A stretch of DNA of 64,000 nucleotides from an uncultured Nitrososphaeraceae archaeon (GTDB lineage: Archaea > Thermoproteota > Nitrososphaeria > Nitrososphaerales > Nitrososphaeraceae): the NCBI GenBank assembly GCA_963779615.1, contig CAVZZA010000004.1, positions 160,001-224,000 on the forward strand. Reading direction: 5' to 3'. Every line of letters starts with the position of its first letter. Positions within the stretch are counted from its first letter, which is position 1. The position numbers and the translations under genes were made by a program. A model generated the notes under the pieces. That model saw only the letters and a list, made by a program, of their open reading frames with translations, searched no databases and was not told the origin of the DNA. Of the stretch, positions 63,555 through 64,000 are shown in pieces.

Positions 63555-64000
63555 ATGAAAAAAATCAATGCATTAGTCACATCGGTTGGAGGCATAGTCG
63601 CACAAGGAATAATTAAATCATTAAAATTTCATAACAACTACTCAGAAAACAAAGCCTATGCCTATAACATTTATGGCACTGACATTGCTTATGACTCGTC
63701 TGGGCTGTATAGAGTAGACAAGTTCTCGCTTGTAGGTAAACCTGAAAGCGAGGGATACATCGAGTCCATAATTAGCATATGCAACAACAATGACATCGAT
63801 ATAGTCTTTATTGGCTCAGATGCTGAATTGTCCAAATTAGGCAATAATCAGAAACAAATTGAAAGCAACACCCATGCAAAAATATTGACAAATCCCTTTG
63901 ATGTGATAGAAAGGTGCAGAGACAAACACAAGACATATGAATTTCTAAAGGAAAACAATCTCAACTACATTCCCTCCTGTTTGGCGGAAGACTCTGAAGA
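63555..64000 (+). CDS. Second ATP-grasp ligase (partial, runs off the window)
   Basis: My translation MKKINALVTSVGGIVAQGIIKSL...GTD...GLY...GSDAEL...CRDKHKTYEFL is paralogous to 60077-61078. Confidence 0.85.
   Translation, partial: MKKINALVTSVGGIVAQGIIKSLKFHNNYSENKAYAYNIYGTDIAYDSSGLYRVDKFSLVGKPESEGYIESIISICNNNDIDIVFIGSDAELSKLGNNQKQIESNTHAKILTNPFDVIERCRDKHKTYEFLKENNLNYIPSCLAEDSE

Noticed and set aside
1-64000. Many short antisense ORFs in the six-frame track lying inside identified genes
   Set aside because: They are shadow ORFs opposite well-supported coding sequences.

Overview
AT-rich archaeal chromosome segment. The gene content (type IB topoisomerase, cofGH, split MetH, ThiDN, aIF-5A, ScpAB, PsbP-like proteins) points to a soil ammonia-oxidising archaeon (Nitrososphaeraceae, Nitrosocosmicus-like); this is inferred from gene content only. 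Bases 1-40 kb are mostly housekeeping genes (ilvC, cofG/H, egtD, metG, cysS, pyrD/K, purF/L/Q, bioD, rps8e, tRNA-Met). They are interrupted by a decayed sensor-kinase gene, two transposase remnants and a 136-bp MITE with 17-bp TIRs and a 9-bp target duplication. Bases ~41-54 kb form an accessory region ending at tRNA-Arg(GCG). It holds a cryptic integrated element (tyrosine integrase, Zn-ribbon proteins, Prim-Pol remnant, AAA+ helicase-like protein, AEP-PriX primase, HTH protein) with possible cargo (M23 peptidase, fibre-like repeat protein). The helicase gene contains two mutually inverted 9-bp-period GTGAC arrays that look like an embedded replication origin. The window ends in an unusual locus: processive GT2 synthase, small membrane protein, two ATP-grasp ligases, a PHP hydrolase and a BshC-like protein, possibly making an amide-modified exopolysaccharide. 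Several frameshifts, including one in purL, are single-base changes in homopolymer runs and may be sequencing errors. All calls come from motif recognition; no database search was run.
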